From positions 124,001-188,000 of the IMG/VR virus record IMGVR_UViG_3300047558_000137: a DNA stretch of 64,000 bases, one strand, 5' to 3'. The notes beneath the pieces are model-generated. The model made no database searches, was not told the DNA's origin, and worked only from the letters and a program-made list of their open reading frames with translations. A program made the position numbers and the translations under genes. Within the stretch, counting starts at the first letter, position 1; each line of letters starts with the position of its first letter. Below, piece after piece: positions 37,570 to 46,107 of this stretch.

Positions 37570-37787
37570 TATGCCCACCTCAACATAAACATAACATAAT
37601 CACGTTCATCTTCAAAATAAAACACCGGCGATTCTTGATCTTCTTCTACGGCATGCCACTTAGTTAATGCCTGCGTGATTACATCACCGTTCTGCATATC
37701 GAGTCCTTGTGCTGTATGGTACTCGTAGAAGTTGCGCCACCAGTTGGTCCACACGCCACGCTCATTAATCACATTTACTTCAATCAT
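37569..37787 (-). CDS. FxLRW-array protein
   Basis: Ends RDYVMFMLRWA. Confidence 0.75.
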   Translation of the reverse strand: MIEVNVINERGVWTNWWRNFYEYHTAQGLDMQNGDVITQALTKWHAVEEDQESPVFYFEDERDYVMFMLRWA

Positions 37788-37981
37788 AGCCATTTTAATG
37801 CAAACATTGATGCATCAGCTTCATCTCGGAAATAAAATCCAGTATTCCCAAATGACGATTCCCAGGACCAACGATCTTGATCTTTACGATGCCAGACTGC
37901 GTAACCAAAATGTCGGATACACCAGGCTCGGATGATATCTATTTCGTGATAGCGATCCTTACCTAATACAAACTCAGTCAT
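37784..37981 (-). CDS. FxLRW-array protein
   Basis: Ends ADASMFALKWL. Confidence 0.75.
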   Translation of the reverse strand: MTEFVLGKDRYHEIDIIRAWCIRHFGYAVWHRKDQDRWSWESSFGNTGFYFRDEADASMFALKWL

Positions 37982-38274
37982 TGCCATCTCAGACTAAACA
38001 TCATGGCATCAGCTTCACGACGGAAGATAAAGACCAAATCGCTTTCTTCATCATCGCTAGCATCAACGTGCTGTATAACACCTTCAGCTTCTTGCTCAGT
38101 GGTAAGCTCAGGAACCTGCTCTACACGTTCTTCGTAATAGAACCAGTCCTCGATGCCCATCCAGGTGTTTTTAACAAAGCGGCGCGAACCAAGACCAATA
38201 CTGGCTCGGCACCATTCTTCGATTTCCACGAGCTTGTCGTGGTGCTTACGGTCTAGTTTGATAGTGGTTGTCAT
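37978..38274 (-). CDS. FxLRW-array protein
   Basis: Ends ADAMMFSLRWQ; leaderless promoter upstream. Confidence 0.75.
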   Translation of the reverse strand: MTTTIKLDRKHHDKLVEIEEWCRASIGLGSRRFVKNTWMGIEDWFYYEERVEQVPELTTEQEAEGVIQHVDASDDEESDLVFIFRREADAMMFSLRWQ

Positions 38275-38322
38275 AGCTGTATTATAGCATTTTTTGAATT
38301 TACAAAAAGTAGTACTAAAGTA

Positions 38323-38568
38323 CTAGGAAAACTTTAGCTTCCAGAGCAGGTATAACTCTGGCGTTAGATACAAGGCTACATTGCTTTCGGGCTCAGAGTC
38401 CATTGGCTTCCAGTACTCAGCATCTTGGCTGCGTATCCATTCAAACATGCCTGCGGGAGTTACAATGGATTCAAACTCTGGATCGTCGTAACAACTTGTT
38501 TTACCTTTGTAGCTAAACAGTTCATACTGTCCATTACGTGGCAAAAATTGTTTGTAAGTTACAGCCAT
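38323..38568 (-). CDS. FxLRW-array protein
   Basis: Ends PELYLLWKLKFS (TAG stop). Confidence 0.7.
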   Translation of the reverse strand: MAVTYKQFLPRNGQYELFSYKGKTSCYDDPEFESIVTPAGMFEWIRSQDAEYWKPMDSEPESNVALYLTPELYLLWKLKFS

Positions 38569-38747
38569 TTCAAATTGAACCATTCAATATGTGATTGTAC
38601 CATAAAACTATATCCTTCAGGTCCCGAAGATACATGCATATGGGCAACATCATTTTCTAACAGCCAGAGGACCATTTCAAGCCACTCTGGCGTTGTGCCT
38701 ATAGTATAGCAGTTTGGACCGTATCCGTATTTTTTAGTTAGTTTCAC
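38559..38747 (-). CDS. FxLRW-array protein
   Basis: Ends IEWFNLKWL. Confidence 0.7.
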   Translation of the reverse strand: MKLTKKYGYGPNCYTIGTTPEWLEMVLWLLENDVAHMHVSSGPEGYSFMVQSHIEWFNLKWL

Positions 38748-38934
38748 GACTGCCCCATTTTAACTTATACCAGGTATAAACATCTTCATCCATGTAGAGA
38801 TTCTCAAGACCATAGTCATACTCTGTGCCCCAACGACTGCTGTTCTCTGGACCAAAGTTTAAACCTAGCCAATGCCTAACATCCTGCTTTAGTTTCCAGT
38901 CCCAGTGTTCGATAACTATGCCATGTTGCTTCAT
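38734..38934 (-). CDS. FxLRW-array protein
   Basis: Ends YTWYKLKWGSRETN. Confidence 0.7.
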   Translation of the reverse strand: MKQHGIVIEHWDWKLKQDVRHWLGLNFGPENSSRWGTEYDYGLENLYMDEDVYTWYKLKWGSRETN

Positions 38935-39191
38935 AACCATTTCAACTTTATCAAGGTCAACAAATCTTCACGCACAATGTAGATAGCACGATGACGGCCA
39001 CCATAGCTACGCCACGTTGTTGTGTCTTGTTCTTCAATCCAATCACCAAACCAGTAGCTACATTGTATACGATACCATACATATCCATCAGGTTCTTTAT
39101 AGCCGTACTCGCAACCAGGCTCAACTTGATAGAGTCTGCTACTGTATCCTTCTGGTGGGTGTTTGGTATGAAACCACTCCTCGTAACTCAT
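38931..39191 (-). CDS. FxLRW-array protein
   Basis: Ends EDLLTLIKLKWL. Confidence 0.7.
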   Translation of the reverse strand: MSYEEWFHTKHPPEGYSSRLYQVEPGCEYGYKEPDGYVWYRIQCSYWFGDWIEEQDTTTWRSYGGRHRAIYIVREDLLTLIKLKWL

Positions 39192-39403
39192 GCAAATCTC
39201 AACAAAAAATAAGTTAAATCTTCTTGGCTTTTCAACTCGACGTAATTCTTGGTAGAATCACTAACAAACACACCTTGGCGCCAACGACGATTATCCCTGT
39301 CTTCTTGGATCCAATTTACAATGCTCCAATGTATGGGCGTGTCGAATGGAATTTGATAAGCAAACCCATCATATAGCTGTTTGTTGAGATTGAAATACCT
39401 CAT
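39188..39403 (-). CDS. FxLRW-array protein
   Basis: Ends EDLTYFLLRFA. Confidence 0.75.
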   Translation of the reverse strand: MRYFNLNKQLYDGFAYQIPFDTPIHWSIVNWIQEDRDNRRWRQGVFVSDSTKNYVELKSQEDLTYFLLRFA

Positions 39404-39612
39404 GACCACCTCAAAGCAAATAACACAGCATCCTGCTCAGATCTAAAATGCCACACAGTTTGGTCCCGGCGAAACATAGCACCCCTATAATCGTCCTGAC
39501 AATTTTGTTCGCACCATACAAACCTTTGATCCTTGCCCCAGACCCAACCACCCGAATGTGGAACTTCCACTCGATGACGGAGATCTCGATTGCGACTGTA
39601 TTTTGATTTCAT
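39400..39612 (-). CDS. FxLRW-array protein
   Basis: Ends QDAVLFALRWS. Confidence 0.75.
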   Translation of the reverse strand: MKSKYSRNRDLRHRVEVPHSGGWVWGKDQRFVWCEQNCQDDYRGAMFRRDQTVWHFRSEQDAVLFALRWS

Positions 39613-39869
39613 GACCACCTCAGCGCAAACATCATAGCATCTTGATCACATTCAAACTCAATGAACTTTTCTTTGAGATATCCGGGACTGTGATAGTAAG
39701 GATGTTGGCAGTTGTCTTCGAGCCATTGATTAACTAGATAATCTTTGTAGCTAATCTGCCATTGCTTTGGTACACCGTCAAAAGTATGGCCATAGACAAC
39801 ACGGTGCAACTTGGGCACCTTGAGAGTTTTTCCAATACCAAACTTTGTGTCTATGTAAGTTATTGCCAT
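39609..39869 (-). CDS. FxLRW-array protein
   Basis: Ends QDAMMFALRWS. Confidence 0.75.
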   Translation of the reverse strand: MAITYIDTKFGIGKTLKVPKLHRVVYGHTFDGVPKQWQISYKDYLVNQWLEDNCQHPYYHSPGYLKEKFIEFECDQDAMMFALRWS

Positions 39870-40132
39870 CTTAGTACAAACAGTGTTAAATCCGCTTCGT
39901 TACGAAACCAAAACTTGGCGCTGTTGGCATACCAACGAGCTGATGGAGTCCATACACCGTCTTCTGGAGTAGGACCAAATGTATCGAAACACCATTTTAG
40001 CATATCATTCCAATATTGATTATACCATCCGTGCCCTGAACCAAATTCAAATACTGGTGCAACAGTGTAATAACGTGCTCCATAAACGCGGCCTTCATTT
40101 ACAGTAAGCGTCACGCCTCCATTATGTGCCAT
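39860..40132 (-). CDS. FxLRW-array protein
   Basis: Ends ADLTLFVLRWQ. Confidence 0.75.
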   Translation of the reverse strand: MAHNGGVTLTVNEGRVYGARYYTVAPVFEFGSGHGWYNQYWNDMLKWCFDTFGPTPEDGVWTPSARWYANSAKFWFRNEADLTLFVLRWQ

Positions 40133-40461
40133 ACATTGATCTTTTCTTCTAGATCACGATTTTTCTTTGCAATCAAGTCACGTTCTTCACGTGCAACTTT
40201 TGCAATGCGTTCTGCGCTTTCAGTTCGACGCACTAGTTCAGCAGCCATATCTTCAATGGTACGTGCTTCTAGCATTTTAATTTCGTAACGTGCTTCTTTA
40301 AGCTGTCGTTCGGCATAGTCAACATCATTCTTTAGATGATCTATTTCATCTTCAAGATCAATAACTTTATTGTCATTGAGAATTATTTCGCACAGACGGC
40401 GAACAACAGGATCGTCTGTATAACGAAGATGGTAGTCGGCAAATTCTTTATCGGTTCTCAC
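40111..40461 (-). CDS. Coiled-coil hypothetical protein (non-family insert in array)
   Basis: GTG start after GGAG; heptad-rich. Confidence 0.6.
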   Translation of the reverse strand: MRTDKEFADYHLRYTDDPVVRRLCEIILNDNKVIDLEDEIDHLKNDVDYAERQLKEARYEIKMLEARTIEDMAAELVRRTESAERIAKVAREERDLIAKKNRDLEEKINVWHIMEA

Positions 40462-40724
40462 GAGTGTGCTCCAAACTTTAATGCAAACATTATAGCAGCT
40501 TCTTCCCATTCAAATTGAAAGGTAGCATAATCAGTGCCCCAAATATTTTGATTGTCGTTTCCGTTACGCCAATCAATATAGTAGCGTTTAAAATAAGGTT
40601 TGTCGCCAGTAGCATATTCATTGCACCATTCCATCATGGCAGTAATATCTGCTTTACGACTTACACGCACCTTATATATAAAGTCTGGGTTACTGCGACC
40701 GCCCTCGCTGTAAAATAATTCCAT
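40458..40724 (-). CDS. FxLRW-array protein
   Basis: Ends EAAIMFALKFGAHS. Confidence 0.7.
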   Translation of the reverse strand: MELFYSEGGRSNPDFIYKVRVSRKADITAMMEWCNEYATGDKPYFKRYYIDWRNGNDNQNIWGTDYATFQFEWEEAAIMFALKFGAHS

Positions 40725-40728
40725 AATA

Positions 40729-41109
40729 CTATTTCTCTGTTAAGGCACGAATTGTTTCGTATCGTTTAATTGCTTCTTCGACATCTTTCCATGCATCTTT
40801 TACAGCAGGATGAACGTCATTGTAACTATGATCTTGCGGATTATAACCGGGTCGAATTTTTATACTAGGTGGATCTTGCTTAACCCAGCCCTGAGGATCT
40901 GCGTCAGTCCAATAATAAACAATAGCAGAATTGCCCAAGGTAGAGCTTGAGTAGTCACGCCACTCATCTTTACGCTTGTCGTACCATAGATAACCATGGT
41001 CGCTGTCGCCGTCGCCTTTACCGCCCATGCCCCAACCGCGGTAGCAGAGATAGTAGTCGCTCTTACTAGGCTGACGTTCTTCTACTCTATACCAAATGCT
41101 TGTTCTCAT
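40729..41109 (-). CDS. Hypothetical protein (non-family insert)
   Basis: WYRVEERQPSKS.YYL; TAG stop. Confidence 0.6.
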   Translation of the reverse strand: MRTSIWYRVEERQPSKSDYYLCYRGWGMGGKGDGDSDHGYLWYDKRKDEWRDYSSSTLGNSAIVYYWTDADPQGWVKQDPPSIKIRPGYNPQDHSYNDVHPAVKDAWKDVEEAIKRYETIRALTEK

Positions 41110-41342
41110 GTTGCATATTTTAACACAAATATCAAATATTTTTGCTCGTCAACAACTTCAAGTGTATCACGCAGGTTAAAATCATCCTCGGCCACAGTTA
41201 ATTTAATACCATAGTTTACATTTAGCCAGCGTACAAAATCCTGTGTGCTGGGCTCATAATATCCAGTAAAAGTGGTGTCATACTCTTTTTTGGCTGCACG
41301 TAAGAGCATGAATAACTCTTGCCAGGTTGGAGTGTTAGTCAT
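41106..41342 (-). CDS. FxLRW-array protein
   Basis: Ends EQKYLIFVLKYAT. Confidence 0.7.
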   Translation of the reverse strand: MTNTPTWQELFMLLRAAKKEYDTTFTGYYEPSTQDFVRWLNVNYGIKLTVAEDDFNLRDTLEVVDEQKYLIFVLKYAT

Positions 41343-41556
41343 CTTTTAGTATATCAAATAATTCAGCGTATTCAACTTCGGGCTCCATGTGAAACCCGTT
41401 CCCCCATACCGCCCAAAAACGTTGTTTATATACAGTCTTTAACCAAACATATCTCCCGCCAATTGTTTTAACTGGCCAAATGGCAAAGGTCCGGCGCCAT
41501 GGATAGCAGTCGGCGCCATTGTATATGCGTTGGGTTATCAACATGTTATTCTTCAT
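41335..41556 (-). CDS. Hypothetical protein (non-family insert)
   Basis: WRRTFAIWPVKTIGGRYVWLK. Confidence 0.6.
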   Translation of the reverse strand: MKNNMLITQRIYNGADCYPWRRTFAIWPVKTIGGRYVWLKTVYKQRFWAVWGNGFHMEPEVEYAELFDILKDD

Positions 41557-41782
41557 TTTTCTGGATACAATTTAGAAACAAAAATGTAGTAAACGATTCA
41601 GTGTAAAGATCTCTGCGGATATAGATAGTATGACCTTGAGTAAACCAAGGGCGTTCGATGAACTTTTGGTAAGGATCATTATCGCCGTAGGCCTTACGCA
41701 GGCTGTCAATTACAGGCACCCAGTCTTGAGCTTTAAATTTTAAGTTAAAGTGTGTTTTTTTATAATGATTAAAATAACTCAT
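41546..41782 (-). CDS. Hypothetical protein, degenerate array member
   Basis: ESFTTFLFLN near C-terminus. Confidence 0.55.
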   Translation of the reverse strand: MSYFNHYKKTHFNLKFKAQDWVPVIDSLRKAYGDNDPYQKFIERPWFTQGHTIYIRRDLYTESFTTFLFLNCIQKNEE

Positions 41783-41988
41783 GACCACCTCAGTGCAAAC
41801 ATTGCGGCATCTTGTTCTAGTGCAAAGTAGTATACACGATTATCAGTAAACGGATGGTCTACCCCATCAAACTCATAGTTATAATCCGATACATTGTCCA
41901 ACAACCAAATACGCAGGTCCCTAAAGTGTCCAGTACTACGCCATGGCACACTGACTGGAATTGTACACCAATATTTTACAGGTCTCAT
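41779..41988 (-). CDS. FxLRW-array protein
   Basis: Ends QDAAMFALRWS. Confidence 0.75.
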   Translation of the reverse strand: MRPVKYWCTIPVSVPWRSTGHFRDLRIWLLDNVSDYNYEFDGVDHPFTDNRVYYFALEQDAAMFALRWS

Positions 41989-42212
41989 GCCCACCTCAAC
42001 ACAAACTCTGTAGCATCTTTTTCATTGTAAAAAAAGTAGTCGTGCCCGCCGGGTACACTAAAGATTGCATACAGGTTACGAATATGTTCAGTTTCGAAAA
42101 ATTCAAAATAACTGTGGTCATTTCGAAGGTCCAACACTTTCGAATGATCAAAGTGTATGCAGGTCCATCCTGCATTTTTAAAATCTTGATGACTTTGTGA
42201 GATCTGTGTCAT
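41985..42212 (-). CDS. FxLRW-array protein
   Basis: Ends KDATEFVLRWA. Confidence 0.75.
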   Translation of the reverse strand: MTQISQSHQDFKNAGWTCIHFDHSKVLDLRNDHSYFEFFETEHIRNLYAIFSVPGGHDYFFYNEKDATEFVLRWA

Positions 42213-42439
42213 GCCCACCTCAACACAAACATCATGTGATCGTCTGCACGCCTAAACTCAAACACCCCTTCGCCAACAAAGCGCCAGTTGCCATCTTTGA
42301 TTTGTTCAGCACACCATGTAATACAAGGAGTCCAACCTTGATAGTATGTGTTAACAATACCGCTGCCAATTGAATTAGGACCAGGTGCCGGCACACTTGC
42401 TACAATCCAACCATTGAGTTCATTTCGTGGAAGTTTCAT
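42209..42439 (-). CDS. FxLRW-array protein
   Basis: Ends DDHMMFVLRWA. Confidence 0.75.
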   Translation of the reverse strand: MKLPRNELNGWIVASVPAPGPNSIGSGIVNTYYQGWTPCITWCAEQIKDGNWRFVGEGVFEFRRADDHMMFVLRWA

Positions 42440-42657
42440 AACCATCTCAAACTAAACAAGGTTGCATCTTCGCCACGCTTGAATGCAAAGTAAGGGCCAA
42501 CGTTGCGCCACTCACTGCTCTTAAAGTTTTCGTAACACCAGCGTTCTTTGGCACCAGTATCATCTTTGACTTCTACATGGTACGGCCAATATTTCTTGTT
42601 TAAAACTCTCATAAGGTGCATCTCATTTCGTTTCTGTGTGTAGTAACTTAACTCCAT
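42436..42657 (-). CDS. FxLRW-array protein
   Basis: Ends EDATLFSLRWL. Confidence 0.75.
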   Translation of the reverse strand: MELSYYTQKRNEMHLMRVLNKKYWPYHVEVKDDTGAKERWCYENFKSSEWRNVGPYFAFKRGEDATLFSLRWL

Positions 42658-42878
42658 TTTAACACAAATTCCATTAAAGTTATATCATCGGCAAATAATA
42701 CAGTCATACCTTCTGATATTACTGTGTCTCTAGCATCGCACCAATCAGCAAATGCGTCGATATTATCTGCCCAAAATTTATAATCTGTCAGAATGACTAG
42801 TCGCTCGTCTGTATCCAATAATTCACTTGGAGCAATAATAAAACGGTGATGCCGCCACTCTTCAAATATATCTGTCAT
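42648..42878 (-). CDS. FxLRW-array protein
   Basis: Ends TLMEFVLKWS. Confidence 0.75.
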   Translation of the reverse strand: MTDIFEEWRHHRFIIAPSELLDTDERLVILTDYKFWADNIDAFADWCDARDTVISEGMTVLFADDITLMEFVLKWS

Positions 42879-43114
42879 AGATATTTGATCCTAAAGAATG
42901 TTTCTGCAGCCTCATCGTAGAAGTCTAAGCAGATCATTTCTCTATGTTGATGGCGGCCATCTGTATCGGTGACCCAGTCTTGGTGGTAGCGTGTAGTGAA
43001 TCCAAGTTCGCGCCGCATAACTTCGCGAATCATAAAGACGCTGGGCTTGGTCTTATATTCTTCTTTAATTCGTTTGCGTATGCGTGTCCATTCACGCTCA
43101 TTTAAGGATATCAT
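42875..43114 (-). CDS. FxLRW-array protein
   Basis: Ends AAETFFRIKYL. Confidence 0.7.
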   Translation of the reverse strand: MISLNEREWTRIRKRIKEEYKTKPSVFMIREVMRRELGFTTRYHQDWVTDTDGRHQHREMICLDFYDEAAETFFRIKYL

Positions 43115-43349
43115 ACTTTAACTTAAACCAAGTTGCATCAGATTCAGTTAGTGTTGCTACAATTTTGTACCTATAACTGTAGGTTGTATTATCTAAGTGC
43201 AGGGCCCAGTAAGGTTCTTCAACGGCATTTTCCATTACCCACTTACCAGCGTCAGTCTGTTGCCATTCCCAAATTGGTTGGGCAGCATATATTTCTGGGT
43301 CGTCTACATCGCCCATGCTGAAGGTGTGAACTATTAATTTTACCGCCAT
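43098..43349 (-). CDS. FxLRW-array protein
   Basis: Ends DATWFKLKYDILK. Confidence 0.7.
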   Translation of the reverse strand: MAVKLIVHTFSMGDVDDPEIYAAQPIWEWQQTDAGKWVMENAVEEPYWALHLDNTTYSYRYKIVATLTESDATWFKLKYDILK

Positions 43350-43522
43350 CGTAATGCAAATTCTGTGGCAGCTTTTTGGTCTGTAAAAGTAAACCTATAC
43401 TGCTCATTAAAAAGTGTTGTTTCAAAGTCCAGGGACCATGCAGATTCATCCAAATTCTTATTGCACCAGGTGGCCGCGAGCGTAGCTCTATTTGCACCAG
43501 ATACTGTAATAGTACTAATCAT
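43340..43522 (-). CDS. FxLRW-array protein (first in array)
   Basis: Ends KAATEFALRWR; TATAAT 8 nt upstream. Confidence 0.75.
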   Translation of the reverse strand: MISTITVSGANRATLAATWCNKNLDESAWSLDFETTLFNEQYRFTFTDQKAATEFALRWR

Positions 43523-43562
43523 ATGCGTATATTATAACGTATAACATCTTTATAGTTAAAAA

Positions 43563-43937
43563 CTATTTCTTTAAAATGTCCCAGACCTTTTGTTTTTCTT
43601 TGTATTCTTTTACCATTGCTTCGTATTTTTCACGGAGTACGCGAATCTCTTCAAAGCTCTTTTCGAGATGTTCGTCTCTTTTTATCTTGTCCGGAATACG
43701 TAATGCTTCTTTAATTTCTTTAAGAGTTGCGTTTAGACTGTCGCCGTTAATGATTATATCGGCCTCTTCACCTTTGAGTTCAATTTGGGCTTTTTGACTA
43801 ACGGTCATTGGAGCCGAAGTCCATGTGCCTGTATTGTAATCTATCGCACTGGTTCCGTTTGCTACGCCAATAGTATAAGTTCCTGCGGCGCTTGTATTTG
43901 TATAAGGTAATGTAGTTGTATATACTGTATTTGCCAT
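43563..43937 (-). CDS. Hypothetical protein
   Basis: Thr-rich N-terminus, coiled-coil C-terminus. Confidence 0.6.
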   Translation of the reverse strand: MANTVYTTTLPYTNTSAAGTYTIGVANGTSAIDYNTGTWTSAPMTVSQKAQIELKGEEADIIINGDSLNATLKEIKEALRIPDKIKRDEHLEKSFEEIRVLREKYEAMVKEYKEKQKVWDILKK

Positions 43938-43953
43938 ATTAATAAGAGGCCAT

Positions 43954-43980
43954 AAAAAAGCCTATACCGTAGTATAGGCT
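43954..43980 (-). terminator. Intrinsic terminator
   Basis: AGCCTATAC-TACG-GTATAGGCT then TTTTT on minus strand. Confidence 0.8.
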
Positions 43981-44003
43981 GTTTGTTAACTAAAGTCAAC
44001 AGT

Positions 44004-44555
44004 TTAGAAATTACGTGTGTAACTAACTTTGACTACATTATTTTCTGTATCGCCTCTGATTCTATCAAAGCCAACTGTTACAGAATCGTTCTTGTTTAAT
44101 GGATAAGTTAAACTGGCACGAGCAGTATGTGTCTGGTCGGAATCGAGCTGCGTTGCTGAACGATATCTCCATCCCAATTTTGCAGTAAATGGACCAACTG
44201 GCATACTTACACCTGGTTCAACACTGTAATATGTAAAGTCTGTAGTGTTTGTATACTTCTGACCTACCCCGATACGAGTATATCCTTTAACTGATCCAAA
44301 TATAGTGTTTGTTGCAGTTAGACCAGCCTCAAGGCGTGTGCTTAATGCACCAGTGCCATCAGTAACTTGGTTACCAAAACCTACATCGGCAGCAAGTGTA
44401 TTGCTTAAATCGTGTTTGACAATTAAGCTGTACAGTTTACTATTTGCACCACCGGCTACTTGATTTGTGTAGTCAGCAAATTCAACAGTTGCACTTGAAC
44501 CTGCAAATGACAAGCCAGAGGCAACTAGCGATAACATTGCTAAAATTTTCTTCAT
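44004..44555 (-). CDS. Small outer-membrane beta-barrel (porin-like)
   Basis: Signal peptide, alternating amphipathic strands, C-terminal YTRNF. Confidence 0.7.
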   Translation of the reverse strand: MKKILAMLSLVASGLSFAGSSATVEFADYTNQVAGGANSKLYSLIVKHDLSNTLAADVGFGNQVTDGTGALSTRLEAGLTATNTIFGSVKGYTRIGVGQKYTNTTDFTYYSVEPGVSMPVGPFTAKLGWRYRSATQLDSDQTHTARASLTYPLNKNDSVTVGFDRIRGDTENNVVKVSYTRNF

Positions 44556-44575
44556 TTATTTTCCTTAAAATAGAG

Positions 44576-44599
44576 AAAAAGCCCAATGATGGGCTTTTT
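44576..44599. terminator. Bidirectional intrinsic terminator
   Basis: AAAAAGCCC-AATGAT-GGGCTTTTT. Confidence 0.75.
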
Positions 44600-44616
44600 G
44601 TTTTTGTTAGTCTTAA

Positions 44617-45168
44617 TTAGAAATTAAAGCCTAGACCAACACCAAATGCGTTTTCTTTGATAGTCTGACCTGAGCGGCTAGCATTCAAGTTGAACGAAAC
44701 ATCTTTTGTAACTGGAATGCTGTATGTAGCAAAACCAACTGTCTGTTTGGTACGTGCGCCAACTTCTGTTGAACCAACGCGAGTCTTAACACCGGTTAGC
44801 AAGAAACCTGGGCCAACTGGCAAACCGTATGTTGCACCAACTAGACCATAGTTGTAAGCTGTGCCACCGTTGAAGCCATTGTCATGACCTGCACCAACAA
44901 ATGGTGTGATGCCTTTAAAGTTGATACCGTTCTTTGCGGCAGTAACCTCAACACTAGACAAGATACCTGAATTGTCTTTCATTGTGGCTGTGCGGCCTTG
45001 CAAGCCGTATTGGATTCCGCCAATTTCCTTACCAGCACGAATGTATTGTGCTGTGCTATCGCCAGAACCATTACGACCTAAAACGTTATCAACGTCAACG
45101 GATACATAAGATACTGCAAAAGCAGAACTAGAAACGGCCAAAGCCAAGATTGCTAAAATTTTCTTCAT
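44617..45168 (-). CDS. Small outer-membrane beta-barrel (porin-like)
   Basis: Signal peptide MKKILAILALAVSSSAFA, C-terminal GVGLGFNF. Confidence 0.7.
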   Translation of the reverse strand: MKKILAILALAVSSSAFAVSYVSVDVDNVLGRNGSGDSTAQYIRAGKEIGGIQYGLQGRTATMKDNSGILSSVEVTAAKNGINFKGITPFVGAGHDNGFNGGTAYNYGLVGATYGLPVGPGFLLTGVKTRVGSTEVGARTKQTVGFATYSIPVTKDVSFNLNASRSGQTIKENAFGVGLGFNF

Positions 45169-45234
45169 TTATTTTCCTTTTATAAAAGTATGTAAAAACT
45201 ACACATTGTAGTTATAAGATAACCTGTGCCCAGG

Positions 45235-46083
45235 TTAAATTTCAAATCCAAAAGTTGGATCGAAATCAGCGGCTCTTGACTCGTATCCTGCATAACCGCG
45301 TGGATTGCAAATAATACGAGTATCGCCAATTTGGTAGTCAAACGGATCATGTGTATGCCCGTGTGTCCAAACTCGAATTTCTGGATTGTCTAGAATAAAC
45401 TCTGACAAGTCACTGCTGTAGGCACCATTCATAATAGTGTCGTCGGCATAGTGCGGATGTGTAGATAACTTGCTAGGTGCATGATGTGTTAGTACAACCA
45501 CAGGCAAGGGGTTGTCACGTTTGCGGTTTTCTTCTAGATAAAACTTAAACAACTGTTTTGTCTTAACGTGTTCGGTAGTAGTATGCTCAGGAACCAAGCG
45601 ATGGTAAACACTCTTAGCTTCGTTAAGCATGGTAATCTGTCGGTAATCATTCATCATTGACTTCATATGATATAAGGTCAATTGATCAAAGTTGTTCATG
45701 TCGGTCCAGAGTGTGCCACCTAAGAATAATACTCCATTATATTCACAGGCTTCTTTTTCAAGCACTGTAATATTTTTAGGCAGCATATCTTTTAAGTGCG
45801 GCACAGTCTTATGGTAAGTGTAACCATAGTGCTCGTGATTGCCTACAACGTAGAATACCTTGTCGTACTTGCAACATTCTTCGTGGAAGAAGCGTGTCCA
45901 ACGATCCATACGCTTCATGTTGCCAGTGCTTGGCCCACCTTCGTTTAGAATGTTGTTTACATCGTACTCAGCTTTAACGTGCTTGGCTTCGCAGACATCG
46001 CCGGACAATAGTAGCACTTCGCCGCCAGGTAATTCGAGGTCAGCAAATTCAAGGTGCAGGTCAGAGATCACATTTATTTTCAT
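45235..46083 (-). CDS. Calcineurin-like metallophosphoesterase
   Basis: SDLH, GD, GNHE, THHAP, HGHTH motifs. Confidence 0.9.
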   Translation of the reverse strand: MKINVISDLHLEFADLELPGGEVLLLSGDVCEAKHVKAEYDVNNILNEGGPSTGNMKRMDRWTRFFHEECCKYDKVFYVVGNHEHYGYTYHKTVPHLKDMLPKNITVLEKEACEYNGVLFLGGTLWTDMNNFDQLTLYHMKSMMNDYRQITMLNEAKSVYHRLVPEHTTTEHVKTKQLFKFYLEENRKRDNPLPVVVLTHHAPSKLSTHPHYADDTIMNGAYSSDLSEFILDNPEIRVWTHGHTHDPFDYQIGDTRIICNPRGYAGYESRAADFDPTFGFEI

Positions 46084-46107
46084 ACACAGATTATAGTACT
46101 AAATTGA

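Larger units (their letters stand above)
33750..43522 (-). repeat. Tandem array of about 36 small paralogous genes with C-terminal F-x-L-[RK]-[WFY] motif and repeated junction TTGAGGTGG(G/T)CATGA
   Basis: 11 exact 15-mers (34264, 34512, 34940, 35502, 35729, 36311, 36628, 37324, 39400, 41985, 42209) and 5 near-exact ones. Confidence 0.9.

Noticed and set aside
33750-43522. CRISPR array or integron interpretation of the repeated 15-mers
   Set aside because: The spacing is 190-430 bp of intact ORFs, the repeat is short and non-palindromic, and no cas genes, integrase or attC-like structure are visible
33750-43522. N-terminal MGM/MVM/MAM extensions in the ORF track
   Set aside because: They come from the GTG inside the junction SD; the true starts are the overlapping ATG
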